DNA of 49,106 nt from Acidobacteriota bacterium. Its GTDB lineage: Bacteria > Acidobacteriota > Terriglobia > 20CM-2-55-15. Below the pieces are notes generated by a model, which was not told where the DNA came from, ran no database searches, and saw nothing but the letters and a program-made list of their open reading frames with translations. Every line of letters begins with the position of its first letter. Positions within the stretch are counted from its first letter, which is position 1. A program made the translations under genes and the position numbers. The stretch is from contig JAJEDW010000076.1 of the NCBI GenBank assembly GCA_022821265.1, positions 1 to 49,106 of the forward strand, given 5' to 3'. Positions 46,231-49,106 of the stretch are shown piece by piece.

Positions 46231-46848
46231 ATGATGCTATCCCGACTCGTTTTCGCGGCGCTGGCCGCGTTTCTCGCGATCCCCGCTCTCGCGCAGGGTT
46301 GGGAGACCTACGTCAACCGCGAGGACCGGTTCAGCGTGAACTTTCCGGGCGAGCCCGGGGTGGAGGCCATCAAGTGGGACTCGGAGTATCGCGCCGTCTT
46401 CCCGGGCCGCGTCTACAGTTACGAAGACGGCGGCGAACGGTATTCCGTCACGGTCATCGACTACTCCGATTCCGAACGCATCCACGCCGAACGGACCAAC
46501 AGGACGCAGGCCGACAGCCTGCCGAACTACTGGCAGATCGACGTGCTCTCGTCCATCGCGTATGCCGCGTGGCAGTTCCGGCAACGCGCGGTCGAGGTCA
46601 CCTACGACGCCTGGCACTACATCGACCTGATCGCCGGGCACCAGCTCCAGCTCACCAATCCCGACCAGACGCGTTCGTTCGTGGGCATCTACCTCCACGA
46701 GAGCCGCCTCTACATCATCGAAGCGACGGCGCCTCCGGGTTCCCCGCCGCCCGGGCTGTTCCAGCAGTCGCTGACGTTTCTCGACGACGCGGGCAACCGC
46801 GTGCGGTACGACTACATCTACACGAACACACTGCCGCCGCTGCGCTGA
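46231..46848 (+). CDS. Exported hypothetical protein (possible PsbP/DcrB-like fold)
   Basis: Signal ALA|Q. W..Y....RFSVNFP at the start and RLYIIEAT...FQQSLTF at the end resemble PsbP/Mog1-type proteins (inference). Confidence 0.72.
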   Translation: MMLSRLVFAALAAFLAIPALAQGWETYVNREDRFSVNFPGEPGVEAIKWDSEYRAVFPGRVYSYEDGGERYSVTVIDYSDSERIHAERTNRTQADSLPNYWQIDVLSSIAYAAWQFRQRAVEVTYDAWHYIDLIAGHQLQLTNPDQTRSFVGIYLHESRLYIIEATAPPGSPPPGLFQQSLTFLDDAGNRVRYDYIYTNTLPPLR

Positions 46849-46861
46849 AGGAAGGAGAGCC

Positions 46862-47233
46862 ATGCCTTCGATACTGTCGCCTCTCGCAACCGGCTTGGCG
46901 CTGGCGGCCGCCCCGGCGGCCATGGCCCACCATTCGCACGGAAACTACGAGATGACCGAGTACATCCGGATGGAGGGCACGGTCACGGAGATCCACTGGA
47001 TCAACCCGCATAGCTGGATCTACCTGGAAGTCACCGGCGAGGACGGGCAATCCGATGTGTGGGCGCTGGAAGGAGCGAGCGTCATCGAGCTCCGGCGGGA
47101 GGGCTGGGCCGAGGAGAGCATCCGTCCAGGCGACCGGATCGGCGTACGCTGCCATCAGCTCCGCGACCGGTCCAACGGGTGTCTGCTCGGATACGTCACG
47201 ACCGACGGAGGCGAAGAAAAGCTGTTCGACTGA
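46862..47233 (+). CDS. Exported His-His/NPH protein (DUF6152-like), copy 4
   Basis: AMA|HHSH, then GTV...WINPHSWI...WALE...LRREGW. GGAAGGAG RBS. Confidence 0.85.
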   Translation: MPSILSPLATGLALAAAPAAMAHHSHGNYEMTEYIRMEGTVTEIHWINPHSWIYLEVTGEDGQSDVWALEGASVIELRREGWAEESIRPGDRIGVRCHQLRDRSNGCLLGYVTTDGGEEKLFD

Positions 47234-47353
47234 GCCGGCCGGCCGCCTCGCTCGATTCGAGGCCGTCCCGCGCGGTTCTGATCTTTAGTGTTACCTTCCC
47301 GGGCCGGAGACCTGATAAGCTGACGCGAAACGACGTTCGATGGGCATTCGGTC

Positions 47354-48985
47354 TTGAATTTTCTCAAGTCACAGCGTAGGGTGCTGCTTGTCGTGCTGAC
47401 GGGCGCGGTCCTGCTCGTATTGGCCGTGCTGCAGTACCTTTGGGTCGGGGACCTCACCCGGTTCGAGCTGGAGTTGACCGAACGGAACCTGGCGGCGGCG
47501 ACCCGCGGTTTCACACGCGAGTTGGGCGGGGTTTTCCAGAGCATCGGATCCACCTACCGCGTGCGGCGGGGACCCAGCCTGGATCAGGAACTCTTCGACG
47601 AGTACCGATCGTGGCGGGAATCCACGATGTATCCCGGGCTGATCGTCGACGCGTACTGGATCGATGCCGAGCCCGCGGACAGCCCGGCGCTCACGCCGGA
47701 ATACCGGATCCGACGGGCGCGGCTCGACGAAGCCGCGCTCGTTTCCGTGGAATGGCCGTCGGCGTTCGCGCCGATCGAGCGCCGGCTGGCGGATTCCGTT
47801 GATTTCAGTCTTCGGCCGCCCTCGCGCGTACCGCGCGAGTGGATGATCCCGTTCGACGACGATCGCTGGGCGTACGTGGTCCCGCAGGGAACGTTGGGGC
47901 CCCGCGGCTGGGCCGTAGCCATACTGGATCATCGCGTGCTCTTCGAGGGTTTGATTCCCGCGCTCGTCGATCGGTACTTCGGGGCCGAAGACCAGCGGGA
48001 CTACCGCGTGCGCCTGGTGGGCGGCGGCGATCCGGGCTCCAGAGTCCTCTACTCCACGGATGCCGATTTCGCGGCCGACACCGGGACGCCACCCGACATT
48101 CGGCGCAACATCGTCGACGCAGGCGCGAACTGGGCCGTCGAGGCCACCCACGAATCGGGCTCGCTCGAGACCTATGTCGGATGGCATCGTTGGCGAAACC
48201 TGTCACTCGGAATCGGCGCGGTCATCGTACTCGGCCTCAGCTTCGGCTTCCTGGTAACCGCGAACCGCCGCGCGCAGGCGCTGGCAGATCGCCAGATGGA
48301 GTTCGTCGCGGGCGTATCGCATGAACTCCGGACCCCGATCGCGGGAATCTCATCCCTCAGCCAGAATCTCGCCGACGGCGTCGTCCGCGATCTCGACCAC
48401 GCGGCGCGCTACGGCAAGTCCATCAACGCCGAAAGCCACCGGCTGAACGCCATGGTCGAGAAGGTCCTCCGCTATTCCGCCGTCCGTTCGGGTCAGTACC
48501 GCTATGAACGGGAGCCTCTCGATGTCGGCAGCGTCGTCGAGTCCGAGTTGGAGGCCGTACGGCAGTCATCAGGCGAAGAGGGACGCATCGACGTGACCAT
48601 CGAAGACGGGCTTCCGCCCGTCTCCGGCGACGCCCAGGCGTTGCGGTCGGTCGTCGGCAACCTGATTTCGAACGCGCTCAAATTCGATCCGCGCCAAGGC
48701 AAGATCGCCGTCGGCGTCCGATCCGTGGGCCGCGAGATCGAGATCTCGGTCCAGGACAGCGGCGCCGGCATATCGGCGGCCGATCGGTCTCACATCTTCG
48801 AACCCTTCTACCGCGGTCAGGCCGCCCATGCGGGCCAGGCCGAGGGATCGGGTCTGGGGTTGAGTCTCGTCCGCGAGTTCGTCAAGGCCCATCGCGGTCG
48901 TGTCGACGTCGCGGCCGAGGCCGGCGACGGCACCCGGTTTCTCGTCTATCTGCCGGCCGCAGGCACGGAAAGCCCGAGTGGATAG
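47354..48985 (+). CDS. Membrane sensor histidine kinase
   Basis: Two TM helices with a periplasmic domain. SHELRTP H-box, NLISNALKF, DSGAGI, IFEPFYR and GSGLGL. TTG start is uncertain. Confidence 0.93.
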   Translation: MNFLKSQRRVLLVVLTGAVLLVLAVLQYLWVGDLTRFELELTERNLAAATRGFTRELGGVFQSIGSTYRVRRGPSLDQELFDEYRSWRESTMYPGLIVDAYWIDAEPADSPALTPEYRIRRARLDEAALVSVEWPSAFAPIERRLADSVDFSLRPPSRVPREWMIPFDDDRWAYVVPQGTLGPRGWAVAILDHRVLFEGLIPALVDRYFGAEDQRDYRVRLVGGGDPGSRVLYSTDADFAADTGTPPDIRRNIVDAGANWAVEATHESGSLETYVGWHRWRNLSLGIGAVIVLGLSFGFLVTANRRAQALADRQMEFVAGVSHELRTPIAGISSLSQNLADGVVRDLDHAARYGKSINAESHRLNAMVEKVLRYSAVRSGQYRYEREPLDVGSVVESELEAVRQSSGEEGRIDVTIEDGLPPVSGDAQALRSVVGNLISNALKFDPRQGKIAVGVRSVGREIEISVQDSGAGISAADRSHIFEPFYRGQAAHAGQAEGSGLGLSLVREFVKAHRGRVDVAAEAGDGTRFLVYLPAAGTESPSG

Positions 48986-49106
48986 CACGCGTGACGTCGT
49001 CACGGACCGGCGAATCCTGATCGTCGAGGACGATGCCGCCCTGTTGCTGGCGCTGTCGGACCGGCTGGAACGGGAGGGCTATCGCGTCGATACCGCCAAG
49101 GACGGA
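48978..49106 (+). CDS. Response regulator receiver domain (truncated by window edge)
   Basis: GTG at 48978 overlaps the kinase stop and reads VDSTRDVVTDRRILIVEDDAALLLALSDRLEREGYRVDTAKDG. Confidence 0.88.
   Translation, partial: MDSTRDVVTDRRILIVEDDAALLLALSDRLEREGYRVDTAKDG

Overview
High-GC bacterial chromosomal window, most likely from an Acidobacteriota genome (inferred from the acidobacterial-type VWA protein and the overall gene mix). About 45 CDS and one tRNA-Ser(TGA) are supported. Housekeeping and known genes: T2SS gspD and gspH-I-J-K interleaved with kdsD and a DegT aminotransferase, yebC-ruvC, amrB/MEMO1, glnS, a two-gene (split) pyruvate:ferredoxin oxidoreductase, putA, a hicB-hicA-type TA pair, an AAA_14/DUF4143 ATPase, a SpoIIE phosphatase and a two-component system at the right edge. 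The window is very rich in exported proteins: two sulfatases, two heme-less PQQ dehydrogenases, a TolB-like propeller, a signal-peptide-bearing FAH-family protein and a TMEM2/CEMIP-like G8 protein. The best candidate for an undescribed system is a repeated periplasmic two-part module. One part is a small protein whose mature chain starts His-His and carries NPH and WxxE motifs (DUF6152-like, 4 copies). The other is a ~250-aa domain with two conserved Cys and a G-x-W-E-G-D-T-L-V-V motif (5 copies). The parts occur as adjacent genes (29.4-30.7 kb), as a direct fusion, and with the second part fused to a VOC metalloenzyme, in a divergent 8-gene cluster (40.7-47.2 kb). No CRISPR array, integrase or transposase was seen. 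Family names are from motif recognition, not database searches, and start codons were adjusted by eye.
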